Assembly (NCBI GenBank): GCA_051294375.1
Contig: CM119264.1
Location: forward strand, 5,997,621-6,061,620
Length of the DNA: 64,000 nt
Direction of reading: 5' to 3'
Source: Paraspadella gotoi
Lineage: Eukaryota; Animalia; Chaetognatha
A model generated the notes under the pieces. The model was not told the origin of the DNA. It saw nothing but the letters and a program-made list of their open reading frames with translations, and ran no database searches. Shown here one piece after another: positions 48,096 to 61,773 of this stretch. The translations under genes were made by a program, and so were the position numbers. Numbering within the stretch: the first letter of the stretch is position 1; each line of letters begins with the position of its first letter.

Positions 48096-51000
48096 AAAAA
48101 ATACTGTGTTAGTATCTATTTCTGTTCTTCAAAAAACAATTAATCAAGGAATAAAAGCGATATACAGTAAGGCGAACTAACAGAACTAACAAAAGTCCAG
48201 TATAAATATTATTAATGTGTTTATTAAAGATCGTGAAAATAAGAAAACAAATTTTATTTTATAGTTAAATGCATGGAAGCTATTTTATATTATCCAAATA
48301 CTATATAATAAATTTTTGTAAATTTTAAATTTTTTTATTGGATTCTGAGAGAGTTTAAAAAATTAGATTAAGGTTATTATTACAACTTTTTTTTCATGAT
48401 GTATTATCCTTTCTTTTTTGTTGTTAGTTTGATAGTAGAGAAAACAAAGTTTTAAAAAAAAATTTATAATTTTAATGATTTTTTAAAACTTTACTTTCTT
48501 TACTAACTTTTTTTTCAAAATTTAACTCATTAATCATTAAAATTTTTGAAATTTGTAATACTAACCTTTCTCTAACTTTTTAATCTTTATCCAAATCCAT
48601 TTTAAAAATTGAAATTTTTTAAGGAATTTTTAAGCATTTCTTATATATTGTTAAATATTAAAATGCTTCCATGCATGAGGAAAATGAATTTAATCAAAAT
48701 GTAATATCATAAGTCAATTTGGTTATAAAAGGATAAAAAAATTTTATTCCAGACTGTTTCATATTGTAAAAAATATTAAATTCTAGCACCCCGAAATTGG
48801 TCAAATAAACCTATTTCAGCATAAAAATAATCATTTTGATTTTTTTTTGAAAGGCATTATTATTATTATGTTATTGCCTAATTTATAAAAAAACATTGGC
48901 TTTTTTTGCAAGATGTCTGATGTCACCGATCATAGACACGACCCTCACTTGGACGTGGAGCGACTGCAGCTTCGCAGATATGGACTTTAGCTATAGAGCT
49001 CACCTGCACCGCTGCCTGACTGACCGGAACGACGGCTACATTGAATTGCAGCGCATGATGCAGGGGACCTGCGGCAACGGGATTGTCGAGCCCGGGGAGC
49101 AGTGCGAGAACATGGGGACCGGATGTTGTGGAACAAACTGCTTGTTAAAAGAGGGAGCTGAATGCAACGAGGGAGCTTGTTGCAAAGGTCGGGCGGTTTA
49201 TTTTCTGAGTGTGCCGATTTTAACTCTAAAAATTAACCAGTAGGCCTTAGTAAATTTTTAAACTTTGTTACAGAATTCAGTCCCCTATATGCTACTAATT
49301 TTTTTCTATCTTTGTTTTTTTGAAATATCAATCAATAAGTGTTTGCAACTGTTCAAAATTTTTAAAAAACGGTTTTTTTTAGTTATAAGAGTTAAACTTA
49401 AGAGTTAAACTTAAAGGAATCAGAGAGAGAGAGAAAGAAAGAGTAAGAGAGTGAGGGCAAAATTCAAAAGGAATTATGGGGACAAACAGAGGACAAAAGA
49501 AAAATATAGGGCTAAGCCATGGTTAAGCCAGAATCGAAATAAAAAATCGTTGTTGAACTCAATTTCAAACTTTTTTCTAATCATACTAACTTAACGAAAA
49601 GAAAGGAATACATCGCGATAGTTTTTAAATAAAAAAAACTGTAAAAAAATTTTTATTCTAACAAATTTCTCACTATGGCGTTTTCCCTTTTCATTTTTTA
49701 GCTTTGAGGATTTTTGACTGAAAGCTGGGGTCAAGCAAGTTTTAAAAATGTTGCCCGTTTTATTCTTCATTCGTCTAATCTCAAATTCAAAAAATCTGCC
49801 AAACCCTGTAGCTTTGGTCAATCTACTACTTTAAAGGGTTGCGAATAAGGATAAAAAGGGTAAATATTATAAAATAAAAGCTTAAAAAAATTTTAACCTT
49901 TTTTCATAGTAAATTTTTTAAAAAATATTTTTTTATAATTTTTTGAATATTTAAAAATTCATAGTTCCTGAACAAATTAAAAAAATTAATACTTATTTAC
50001 GCTAATAGAAAGCCCAAAGTTTACTCTAGAGAATATAGTCTGTTTTTTACATTATTCTATATTATTTTCAAAGTTATAAAGGGCAAATTAAAAAATGTAA
50101 CTTTAAAATGCTAAGAATTCGGTTTTTTAAACATCAATTATTGGAAAAGCATTTTTTGGATTTTTAAAAATATATGATGTAAAATAAAGTATTTTGTTGG
50201 CTCTTGAAGTTGATGCAGGTTAAATTTAATTCCGACTGATATTTAGTAAGATATATATCTTGTTTAATGAAAAACCGTTTTTTTACTAATTTTGAAGAGT
50301 TGCAAGTACTTATTTATTGATTTTTCAAAAAACAAAAATAGAAATAAATTAGTAGCATAAAGCTAATTTGTACTATAGTGCTAAATTCTTTAAAAATGTT
50401 TTAAAAATTTGCTAAGGCCAATTAACCAGTCTCTTTTCTGTCATGTTTTTATTTAAAATTTAAACATTACTAATGTCATTAGTGCACAAAAGTTTTTATG
50501 CAAAATGCATTTTAGCCAGATATGCATTTAGCAGATTCCGTCTCTTTGATTCACTTTTTCGGTCCATCGGTCTCACCCCAAAATTTTGTCGTTAAGTTAC
50601 TTAGATCCTGTCAGAACATCAAGTTATGATAAATTATGCAAGAGAGTGAAAAATGTAAGTGGAAAGATGGATAAATTTTGCAAAAAAACCGATGTCCATC
50701 CGTCCGTCCGTATCTGTCGGTCCATCCTACCTTAGCTTTAAACGCCAATAACTAATGAGTGGAAGGGGCGATTGACTTGAAATTTTGTGTGTTAGTTAAA
50801 AAGTGTATGATTAAGCTGGAAATAAAGTTTCGATGGAATCGTCCAAGTGAAAATGAGCTAAAATGGAAAAAAATAATATCTCAATCTTTTATCATGCTTT
50901 TTTAAATTTAAAAGCAAGCTGTACCAACTCTCATTAATCAACTCTAATTATTTAATTAATTGATGAGTGAATTAGTGAATTAAAGACGAAAAGAAATATA

Positions 51001-54000
51001 AAAAAGAGAAAAATAAAAATAGATATTAATTAAAATAAATTAAAAAAAATATAAAAAGAAGGAATAATTAATTAATTAATCATCTGACCAGCTGCTTACC
51101 GCTTATGATCGTGAGCAGATCCGGCATTCTTTGCTAAACTTGTTTTTTTTTCAAGACTGTCGTTTGGAAGCCAAAGGTACCGTCTGTCGACCTAAATTAA
51201 AAGACGTCTGCGACACCGACGACGTTTGCGATGGCAAGTCCCCCCAATGCGACGTCAGGCACAAGCCTAATGGTACACCTTGCAAGGTCGGTGAATCTTT
51301 TTCTTTTTTTTTTTTTTTGATTCATACATCATAATTTTTTTTTTCATTCTTAAATATCAATTATTTACTTTAGTAGGATCGGACTTAAGTTTTGAATTTG
51401 ATAAAACGAATAAGAAGCGACCTTTTTTGATCATCAGACGAAAGAATGGGAAACGGCGTTTTGTTATCGTGGCGCTTGTCGGTCGCAGACCAACGGATGC
51501 CAAGACCTCTACGGAAAAAATTGGGTAGCCAATATGGAAATGATGAAGTATCCTCTGAAGGCGGGCGGTGGTAAACAACGCGCCATCAACGGCTGTCGAG
51601 CAAAGCCTTGCGTTTTCGCTATCAAGAAGTCTTGGTTAGATTTCGGTCATCCGGACATATCGGGTTTTCGAGCTCTTTCTTAACTATATTCGATAATTCA
51701 TTTAAAGTAGTAAAACTTATTATTTTTCATAGAAATTGATATCAATGTAAAATAATGTTTGAGGAACAGATTTCAGTCATTGAAATCATAATCATAATCA
51801 TAATCATAATCATCACTGAATGGCTCTTGAGGGAAGCATACCCTTTTGCAATTATGCTGCTGTAATGAGCCTAGTGCTGCAGCATTGATGTGTTTAGCGA
51901 TAAAATAATGGTGCGACAAAGTTGACGGATGTATCCCTTAACTATTTCCAGCATAAAATCCTTTCCAATTATACGGAACTTCATATTCCTCTGGGTCTTC
52001 TACAAATACTTTTCATCTTTGACACATAAAAATAGTACAAATTATTCTTTCAAATAATCAATAAGTCATGCAATCTAGGTTGTAAATTAGAGGCGAGATC
52101 AAGCAGATTCCAAATATTGAATTTATATATTTATATTAGTTTTTGATTTGGGTTGGTTTTAAAAACAGTAAAAGTCAACTTGCATTTCCTCGCGCGAGAA
52201 AAAAATGACTTATGACAAAAAAGTGGTAATTACGTCATTTTACCGTCACTTTTGGCAGCCATTATTGGAATATAACGAAAGCTAAGATAAGGAGGCCTTA
52301 AACCACCAAAGCCTGTCCAAAGTCAGGGGCAAGATAGCTTATTTATTAAATGAATGGATAATTTTTATATTGGTTGTACCAATTTCATAAAGCGGATTCT
52401 CCAAATGTAGTGGGTTTTAATCTACAATCAACTGTTCTCTCGTAATAAAGGCGCGAATTTAGTCCAGAAAGAGCGAGAACACCCGGTACAAACAATGACA
52501 ATTTTTTAAAAATAATTTCAAAATACTGATATTGATTTTTCTCGTTGTATTCAAAAAAGGACTGTTCGCAAGCTGCTCACCGAAGCCATGGAACCCTGCC
52601 CGAACGAAGGAGCCGCCCTCTGCGGGACTCTCATCTGTCGGCCAAAAACTGGCAGAATGCGTCGGTCGATCCAGGACGTGGGCGCCTTCGAGAAGAAAGA
52701 GGAGGAGGAAGAACTTAGGAACGCAATGCTGACCCGATTCGATCGACAGTGGGCGCGACTGCGCGTTGATTTTTTCGACGTGATGAAGGATCGCTACGGG
52801 AACAAGAAGTGGCTTCGGATGTTGGAGAGATCCGGATTGATGGAGACGCACCGGACTAAGAGGATCAGAGAGGGTGAGGAGAGAAATTTAATAATAATAT
52901 AGCAGTCAATAATCAGGAGGCAAGATAGGTTATTTATAATTAATCATTATTTATTAATTATTAATTAATCATTAATTATTATTATTATTATTATTCATTA
53001 CTATTCAGTATTCATTCATCTTTATTTTAAAAACTTTTTTAGTAGTGTTTGTAAATATCTCAAAAAAGCTGACCGGAATGTGTTGTTTTCAATCAATAGG
53101 ATTTGTTTTGAAATCAGTTGGGAACTTTGGAATGAAGTAGGAAAACTTTTGTTTTCAATGATTTGTTTAAATATTTTTTTTGATTCTGTCGATATTTCCA
53201 AAGGCGCATCGACGGACGCGGAAAAAGCGGATTTGGTGAAGGGCTACTCGAATCGATTCGTCATGAACGTGTATCGTGGCAAAAGCGAAAAGTTTGTTTA
53301 CTTTCCTCTTCACAAAAACAATCCGGCGTTAGCCCCGTCAGGTGTTTTAAAAGATTAAAATCGACGTCAGTTGTGAATTATACTTAATAATGTAGTTATA
53401 GATACTTTGACGATACGTGTGCTCATTAAGATAACTTATGGAATCATTTTTCTCTAATGAATCATTGTATTTAAAAGAATATGACCAGTGAAGTCTTTGA
53501 ACGCGACTAAAAACTATTACTGGTTTGGTGCCAGGCTCTCCATGCGCCAACTCGAGCGTTTGCCACAACGGGCGCTGCATCTCCGTGGAACAGTTCGTCA
53601 ACGAGACCTACGATCCAGCCAACGAGCCGCTGGAGGAGATCAGCAATGTCGTCGTCGGTAAAAGATTGTTGATGATGAATGTTGGAACGTTGGAGAATAA
53701 AATTCATCAGAATTACCTCTGATAAATTGTAGCAAAGAAAAAGTATAATTATAAAGAGCTTTTCTTTCTTTTTTCATTTTTATTCATCCTTCTCATTGGC
53801 TTTTTTTTTTCCTTCTTTCTTTCATTTTTTTTTTCATTCTTTCATGAGACTTGGTGATAGGTTTATTTTCCTTTTAGTGCGGTTTGGAATGAAGGCAAAA
53901 GCCCAAATTCTCGTAAGAATATTAAGTGAACGTCACCGGCGCTGATATACGTTTATTTTTTTCCCCTTATGGATTTTTTAAAAAAAATTTTTTTATTACG

Positions 54001-54593
54001 ATTTATTTATTTAATGAAAGAAATGATTATTGATTTGTTTTAGTGAAAGAAAATTGCACAGCTCCTGATCTTCTAAGCTATTGCAGCTCTTTTGTCGCCA
54101 CTTCCGTTATACTCCTCGTAATCGTCATCATTCTTTGCGTATATATTTACACCGTAGCAGGTAAATATCGGCAAACTAATATTTAGACCGTTGAAAAAAA
54201 CTAGCGGTTCAAAAATCATGTTTGTCAAAACCATTTCTTTCATAGTGGGACCTATAACCCTTAAAAATATTAGACCGATTAATTTTTTGTGTTACAGAAA
54301 ATTTTAAATTTCTAGATTCTCTCTCTTTTGGTTTTATTCTTGGATCTTTTCCCATTCCGTGTCGTAATCATATATATCTTATATATATATATATCTTCTA
54401 TACAAATAATTAGTTTATCACTAGTCACTATAACCAATTTAACCAATCCATCTCAGACCCGACGGAAAGGTTTAAATCCAGCATCAAAATTGACGACGAG
54501 AGCGACGAAGAAAATGAAATTTACTTAATGGGGGTGGAGAGTAAGGGGCAGGCGGCTCAGGCGGCTCAGGCGGGCCAAGCAGGATATCGCTGA
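43419..54593 (+). CDS. ADAM family membrane metalloprotease (M12B), 12 exons
   Basis: Exons 43419-43567, 43675-44368, 47403-47604, 47729-48053, 48913-49187, 51156-51286, 51438-51634, 52560-52873, 53204-53341, 53535-53657, 54044-54160, 54457-54593. Signal peptide MSFEIWFFLILVINF, RFVEVYILVD, zinc motif HELGHSFGANHD, Met-turn CLMSP, disintegrin CGNGIVEPGEQC...CDGKSPQC, Cys-rich CGTLIC and GSPC...VCHNGRC, TM SVILLVIVIILCVYIYTVA, short acidic tail. Confidence 0.92.
44383..45425 (+). mobile_element. DINE-1/HINE-like non-autonomous element (family C)
   Basis: 5' CGGATCTGCT...AGCAGAATCCG hairpin after a T run, GTCGGTCCGTCGGTC, internal AAGTTTCGAT.GAATC..GAGTGGAAATGAG repeats, 19-bp array at ~45060-45215, 3' GCAGATCCGACATT subterminal repeat. 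Confidence 0.7.
48269..48676. mobile_element. ~410-bp foldback MITE
   Basis: ATGCATGGAAGC ... GCTTCCATGCAT termini with degenerate inverted arms. Confidence 0.6.
49241..50421. mobile_element. Non-autonomous TIR element (~1.2 kb; hAT- or Mutator-like)
   Basis: ~140-bp imperfect TIRs (GGCCTTAGTAAATTTT / AAAATTTGCTAAGGCC); direct repeat AATTAACCAGT on both sides, giving an 8-11 bp TSD depending on terminus choice. Confidence 0.8.
50515..51135 (+). mobile_element. Family C (DINE-1/HINE-like) copy ending next to an ADAM acceptor
   Basis: AGCAGATTCCG, TCGGTCCATCGGTC, (CCGT)n, AAGTTTCGATGGAATCGTCC, 3' AGCAGATCCGGCATT. Confidence 0.7.
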
Positions 54594-54899
54594 CCATCGA
54601 GGCTGACTGGTGCCTGGTGTTTTTGGCGGGGTAAAGACAGAAAAAGGTTTCTCTAACTGTTAGGCAGTTAGCACGATATCGATTTCCTATAGTTGCTCCG
54701 TTTTTTATAGTTACATATTTTGATGAAAGTATTTTGTGGTTTAAGTTACAATACAATTTTTATCTTTTATTAATCTCAACTCGACTCAAGGTAAGGATAT
54801 AATGGCAGTAGATAATTAATTAATTAATAAATTAATGAAGGTGGAATTTAGATTTAATATAAAAAGAAAAAAAACATAATCAAATAGTGAAATAATTTT

Positions 54900-55165
54900 T
54901 TTGTTATTTCCATTTTAACTCGTTTCCACTCGGACGATTCCATCGAAACTTGATTTCCTTGTCAATCACGCACTTTCCTAACCACATATACAATTTTAAG
55001 GCAATTGCCCAATCCACTCATTAGTAATTGACCTTCAAATAGTGAAATATATTTTTTTGTTTTTTTCCATTTTAAATAATTTCCTCTTTGACGATTCCAT
55101 CGAAACTTGATTTCCTGCTCAATCACACACTTCCCTACCAATATACAAAGTTTCAAGTCAATCGT
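54900..55165 (-). repeat. Inverted partial family C copy
   Basis: Two GACGATTCCATCGAAACTTGATTTCCT units, reverse complement of the family C internal repeat. Confidence 0.7.
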
Positions 55166-55692
55166 CCCATAAACCGAAAACAAGAGCTTTTCGTCGCCCT
55201 TTATTTGCCAACAGAACGGACTTAGCCCCCTCGAGGTGAACCACTTTACATAATTATCGTTCCAGGAAAAAATTGATCCACCTTGACAAGAAGTAACTGC
55301 GTTTACATGCAACGCCCTTTTTTAATCGAAGTTTTTGCTTGAACTATTTCAATAATCGGGCCAAGGCAGCTGAAAGGCTTTCCAGAGACTTTCGACTTGC
55401 AAAACGCAGATATTTTATCATTTTTTTCAAAGCCTGCGTCAATTCATGCATTAATTAATGACCTTTTTATAATAAACTTTATAAATTCGTCCCCCCCTCT
55501 CTTCTTTCAAAAGACAATGTCAATAATCATTAAAAAAATTTGAATTCTGCCACTTTCTATCATATGAAACTAGGTAACTCTAGATGAGATCAGGGCTTGC
55601 CCGGATTATTATTATTATTATTATGCGATTCATAATTTTTATCATAATTTAGGCACTATTGTTGTTGTTGTTGTTTAGAGCGCTAAACTATT

Positions 55693-56378
55693 TTAATTTC
55701 GCCGACTAGAATCTGCCCAGTCGATTATTTTTCTACACGTATCATTACTCTTTTTCCTTATGTATGATGTATTCAGGTATTCAGGGTTAGGGGTGGTTAG
55801 GTTTAGGGGTAGTTAAGGTTAAGGGTTGTTAGGAGTGGTAACTGGTTAAAATATTTGTTTTTATTTTCGCGAAAGAAATTTTTTTTAAGTTTGTGCTCAG
55901 AAGGAGCAGAAAAAAACACCGACTGGAACATGTTAAACAGTAAATGTACAATTTTACCATTATTTATTATTAATTATTGTTAATATCAATTACTATTAAT
56001 ATGGTAAAATTGAATATTCACCGTTTAGGATCTTCCCGGTCAGTGATTTTTTTTCTGCTTCTTATAAGCACAAAAGTAAAAAAAAAATTTTTGTGAAAAA
56101 AAGCACAATAGTTTTTTTGAATATTACCCCAACAACCCTTGAGCGTAACCAGTAACCACCCCTAACCTTAATTACCCCTAACCCTCACTACCTCTAACCC
56201 TCACTAATACTAACCCTAACCACCTTTAACCCTAACCATCTTAACCCTAACCACCACTAACCCTAACCCCCAACCCGAAATACCCCTCCATAACCAAATT
56301 TTATTTTTTTCTTTATAATATCAAATCAAGGTTATGATATATGCAAATAGAAAAATAACCAACCGGTCGGCGAAAGTA
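55693..56378. mobile_element. ~690-bp foldback element with telomere-like arrays on both arms
   Basis: TTTCGCCGAC ... GTCGGCGAAA termini; GGGTTAG-type repeats at ~55785-55850 mirrored by CCCTAA-type repeats at ~56125-56290; inner arms also inverted around ~55980. Confidence 0.75.
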
Positions 56379-58045
56379 CAATTATTCCATTAATATTTAT
56401 TATCATATTTATTGTGATCATCATTAATCACCAAAGACTTTCGTTCTAAATCTATTCCAGATAGTTATTTTTATCTTACCGAGCAGGGCAAAACTTTTGT
56501 TTGTAATATCTTATTTTATTTTAGCTGACACCTACCGAACATTTTAAAATTAATAAATGAACAAATGATTCTCCAGGATTCTCCATTTGATAAAATAAAT
56601 TTTGAAAAAAAAAAAAATTAGAATAAATTTCCGAATACGGTATACAAATTCTAATATAATCATGATTAAAATTACGTCTTAAAAAAAATTATGAACCTTC
56701 ACGCTTACATTCTTGAATCAACAAAATATTTAAAATCCTACAAATCAAAAGAATTTAATCAGTCTAATAATTATATGAAATATACTTAAGTATCATCCTT
56801 TTTTCCGTCTGTTTTGTCATTGCAAAGTTTTGCAAATACTATTAGAAGGAACGTAGTCGCGATAACAACAACACCAACTACCTCCATTATTTTGTGAATA
56901 CTCTTAATATGAATGAGTAACTAAAATTCATTACACATCCGTAAACGTCCAAACAAGAAGCCGAAGTTGAAACGTTGATCGGCAGTATTAGGTCATTGCC
57001 TTCGATGATGTTGTTCCCAAAGTCAATGGCGTCAAGACTAAAAAAATTAATTAACGATTTTCTGATGACTATTACGATGTTCAGCTTACGAACCTTCCAT
57101 CGATTAATATCTAAGTCTTATGTACATTTTTCACTGGGCAAGGACGGAGGCCCAAGGCAAGGACGGAGTGTTCGTTTCGAGCGTCTGTGCGACAAAGGAG
57201 GCGGCGTAAAGTGTGACGCTAATAATAAGGCGTCGATTTAAGATGCTTAAACGCGCGAATGTAGATTCGCGATTCCAATCGCTCGAAGTTTTTTAACGGA
57301 GAAAAAAGGAAGAAACGATGTGACTGTGGACGAAAAATAAAAAAAAGAGCAATAACTCAAACAGTTTTAAAAAATTTAATGACAAAGAGTTAAAGATGGT
57401 AAAAATCCAAAGGTATTTCTGGTGAATATTATAATTCGCAATGGTTAGAGAATTTGAGGCATAAAAACTGCTGAGCAAGTCGAATCTGAACTGAAAAAAA
57501 AATCAGAAAACCTGTCGTCAAGACGTGTCCCACCTTTCTCTCTCTCTCTCTCTTTTAAAACCAGTTTCCAATAAAATTTAATTCCTCGTAAAAAACGAAA
57601 ATAGCTTTCAATTCTTTGTGATTGACATCCTGTCTAAATCCTGGCAGCGACTACGACTTGCTTATTATCTTTGGTCAAATTTGAAGTTTTTACATCCAAT
57701 ACATCCATATATTAAATATGACCAATTAATGGACTAAGAGAAATCGGTGACTGTTAGTAACACAAAAATTTTATAATTAATAAACTACGGATAACCATAA
57801 ACCCCCCTAAACCCAAGCCGTTGGAGGTAATGTCGCTAACTTAACCATTGCTTATTAAGCAATGCTTTAAAAAGGCCTGAAACAAAAAAGAATAAAACAG
57901 CAATTAAAAGCAATTGTACATAAAGACGAGAGAAAAGTTTGTTAAATTGAGTTTCGCCCCTGGGTTACTTCCGTACTTATTAAAAAAAAATATTATACAG
58001 ATTCCACAGATGGCACATAAATTTTTTTTGTGTTCTTGGAACATA

Positions 58046-58105
<60 letters not shown>

Positions 58106-58274
58106 AATCTACGAACCCAGGAATGATTGATTTTCTCACCGACAGAGGCGGACTTGTGGAATTGATGTTTTCCCAAAACAAAATGGAAACGCGTTCTTTT
58201 CCTTTTATTAAAGGGAAGATGGCTCCTTTATTGTTTTTTGATGTACATATTATTTCGTTTCAAATCATATACTG

Positions 58275-58550
58275 TTATGAAATTGGTACAACCAATATAA
58301 AAATTATCCATTCATTTAATAAATAAGCTATCTTGCCCCTGACTTTGGACAGGCTTTGGTGGTTTCAGGCCTCCATCACTCTTACAAGATAATGACATAG
58401 CAGGTCCCTGCAAGCTTTCAATCAAGACTCTCTCACAGTCTCGTTTATTCACTCCCAGAGTACCTGGCTTCCCTATCAATGAAGTGGTATAGTATTTCAA
58501 AGAATGTTTCAATTGTATGAAAAGACCACTCCCTTAAGTATTAGATCGGG
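58275..58550. repeat. Interspersed repeat family D
   Basis: 58275-58375 is the reverse complement of ~52290-52390; 58438-58547 matches ~45510-45652. Confidence 0.75.
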
Positions 58551-58924
58551 GAATACTTATTGTACTCCGCACTAGCATCAAAATACAAGGAGCTGAATTT
58601 TTTCATTGAATGAAAAAAAATATAGCGTCATATCATAACTCATATTTTTCTATTTTCATAATTCAGTCGATGATTTCATCGGTTCACTCGTCATTGAAAA
58701 CAAAATAATTAATCTGATTTGAATCCGTTTACTGATTATCTTCTTTTATCTTTCTTCTCTTTGTTTAATATTCTGTTTATTTTGCTTTGTATTATTTATG
58801 GGGAACGAAAGGTAAATTATACAAGAGAAGAAAACTATCGACTGGTTTGATGGCGGGAAACAAATGGGCAAATTATGGAATGGTGAGGGTTAGAAGGTCA
58901 TTCAATGACAAGGAGACAAATGAA

Positions 58925-58960
58925 GCGACAGAGAGAGAAAAAAAGGGAGAGAGAGAGAGG

Positions 58961-59040
<80 letters not shown>
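58925..59040. repeat. (GA)n microsatellite (similar tracts at ~16050, 48055, 58047, 60803, 61720, 61950, 63975)
   Basis: Direct inspection. Confidence 0.95.
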
Positions 59041-59041
<1 letters not shown>

Positions 59042-60819
59042 GGCGTCATATTTCGTACGATATGCCGTTGTTAAAACAGAGAGACAGAGACATCAACCAA
59101 GCGACATTGCCTCCCACAAATAATTTTTTCATGCTAATGAGAATAACAACGACGACGACGACGACGACGACGACGACGTCTCGAGTCGCGTCACCGTTGA
59201 CGTCCGATTCTCTTTCAACCATTGACGCGTCCGTCTAATGATCTCGCGGTCGTCGCCTCGAAAAAAAATATGAGAGATTTTCAATTCAACTTCTCTCTAA
59301 TTCTGTGCGACGCAACTTCTACTTTTCGCGCCTTCCACGTCGTCTATGCTGGCGTCGTCGTCGTCGTCGTCGGCGTTAAGAGCGTCGTCGTCGTCGTCGT
59401 CGTTCTCCTCGTCGTCCTACTCGTAGCGCCCCCCCTCGTCCCCCCGCGCTCCCCGCGCCCAGGATTCGTTCGGTTGGCGAAAGAAAACAAAGACAAGAGA
59501 AATGGTTTCCCGTTTTCTTCCGAATCTGTTACGACTTTGCGCTCTCAGTTTTATCTCAAACTTTTCATAATAAATTAGTTCGAATGCGGTTTTTCGTCAT
59601 GACGTCTCGGAAATAACAACTTAACAAGAAACAGCAATAAATTTTTAAAAAAATGTGATTTAAAATATAGATTTTTCATCTTTTGGAAAATAGAAGAAAA
59701 AGGAAATATTTTAATCTCTCCGCGGGTGAGTCTTTTTATCATCTCGATAGAATTATCTTTGGCTGCTGTCATTATTGTCACCAGCGACGTAAGCATCACC
59801 ATCAGGGTCACGTCGACGAAAAAAAAAAGTTAAATTAAGTCCATCGCAGGATCGCAGGAATAAAACATTAAGAGCTCTTTCATAAAAACAAAATGATTTT
59901 AGTTATTCTTATTCTAAAAATTGCGTGGAATGCAAACTTTTAAGCTTTACATACTTCTCTTTCCTCTTTTATTCTTATCATTTTTTCTCTTTTCCTCATC
60001 GCTTATTTTTTTTGATTTTCTCCTTTTCTTTTTCTCTTTTCTCCTTTTTCTCCCCCTTCGATTTTTTTAATTTTCCCTTTCCCCGTACTATTTCTTCATC
60101 TCGGAATAAGATTCCATTAATCCCGCTTCGATCCGCGCCTGGGGCCGGTTCCATCTCCCGCCATTCCGGTTCCATCAGTCACCCTCGGCCTCGGCGAGTT
60201 AATCGTCGTCGACCGCGAGAGACGAGAGACATCGTCACCGCTTCCGTCCTCGTCAACCGTCACGCCTTTTCGAAGCGTGACAGTTCGTACTGTATTACGT
60301 AGTCACGGGTTCCATGCGATTAGGAAGAGATGAGCTTCGATGAGTGAAGCGCGGGAACGGGAAAGTCGAATCACAGAGTGAATTTCTTCTGTAAAAATTC
60401 GAGAGAAAAATAACTGATCATATATGTTATTATGTATATTAATTACATATTATGCAGTGCCGATAAAGAACGATTACATTTTTAAAGAAATAACGAGATA
60501 GTAAATAAGTTTGTACAATATTCAATTTGTACTAATATGGTATAGCTTCCCGGGACCATAGCCTCTCAACTTCTCAGTCAACTTTACTTAATTATCTTGT
60601 TGTCCTTCTTCAAGCAAAGGTTGTGTGAAAAAAAATTCCCTCTAGTAAAGTCTCGCCCGAGAAAGAAATACATATTTTATGTCTTCGTTCCGCCTTCCGG
60701 AATCCCAGAGTGCCGGAGTGCCGGATGGGAGCCCAGAGAAAATGTAAATATAACAACCATTTTTTTTACTTCGCGTCGAAAGAAAAAAACAAAAGGGAAA
60801 AGGGAGAGAGAGAGAAAGA

Positions 60820-60924
<105 letters not shown>

Positions 60925-61718
60925 TAGATTTAGAAACTGCAATCATCCGATGCTTCGCCTCAAGAATCGGAGATAATAAAAACAAAAGGCGTTCGAATCT
61001 CATATTCAGTTTTACGATTTCTTCGCTAGGGTTAGAATTTCTCGCCAAATGGTAATCTTGAAAGCAGTTTTCCCGTTGTAGTAGTAGTAGTAATAGTAGT
61101 AGTAGTTGTAGTAGTAGTAGTCGTTATACGTAGTAATACAAAGTGGTCTTCATAGAAAGTTTTTGATCTTAGTAGTTCTGAACAGCAGATCAAACACAAA
61201 AACAAAATAAACCAAAAAAAAAAGAAACAAAATTAAACCACGAATTTTTCTTTTTAATGTATGATTTAGTAGATCCCTCGGAGTCACGAATTATCAAAGG
61301 TCTGACTGTTACAATTTCGTCCCGTTATCGTTTTTTGTCGTCATTTTGTAATTTTTGAATGATAATTCGACAAAAAGGTCGTCTTTCTCTAGATATGCGG
61401 CGAGGGAGAGACATCACGCACCATCACGCCATCAACTTTCTGGTTTTTCACCAGAACTAATTGCTCATTTGTTTACGATTCTCATCTACATTTTTTTTAA
61501 AATTGAAATGTTCACCCACAATCTACATCAGGACCACATCCTCACGGGTCACGATGCTCACAACCTCAGTCTTCGTAATGACCACATTTTCATGATGCCC
61601 ACGTTTAACCTCTGGACGCTTTCACCTTTCAGCCCGAGTCACGTCCGTTGCGATGTCCCTCGCCCACCTTCCTTTCCTAAAATAAATCTCATCCTTTTTG
61701 TGTTTCTTTCTTTGCTCT

Positions 61719-61773
<55 letters not shown>

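Noticed and set aside
53478-53534. Stops in all three frames ahead of an ADAM exon, suggesting a pseudogene or readthrough
   Set aside because: Resolved by the CCAG acceptor at 53534, which gives an intact phase-1 join.
56790-57220. Minus-strand exon-like pieces (RRSKR motif, LDAIDFGNNIIEG, WCCCYRDY)
   Set aside because: Could not be joined into one consistent frame with a start; left unannotated.
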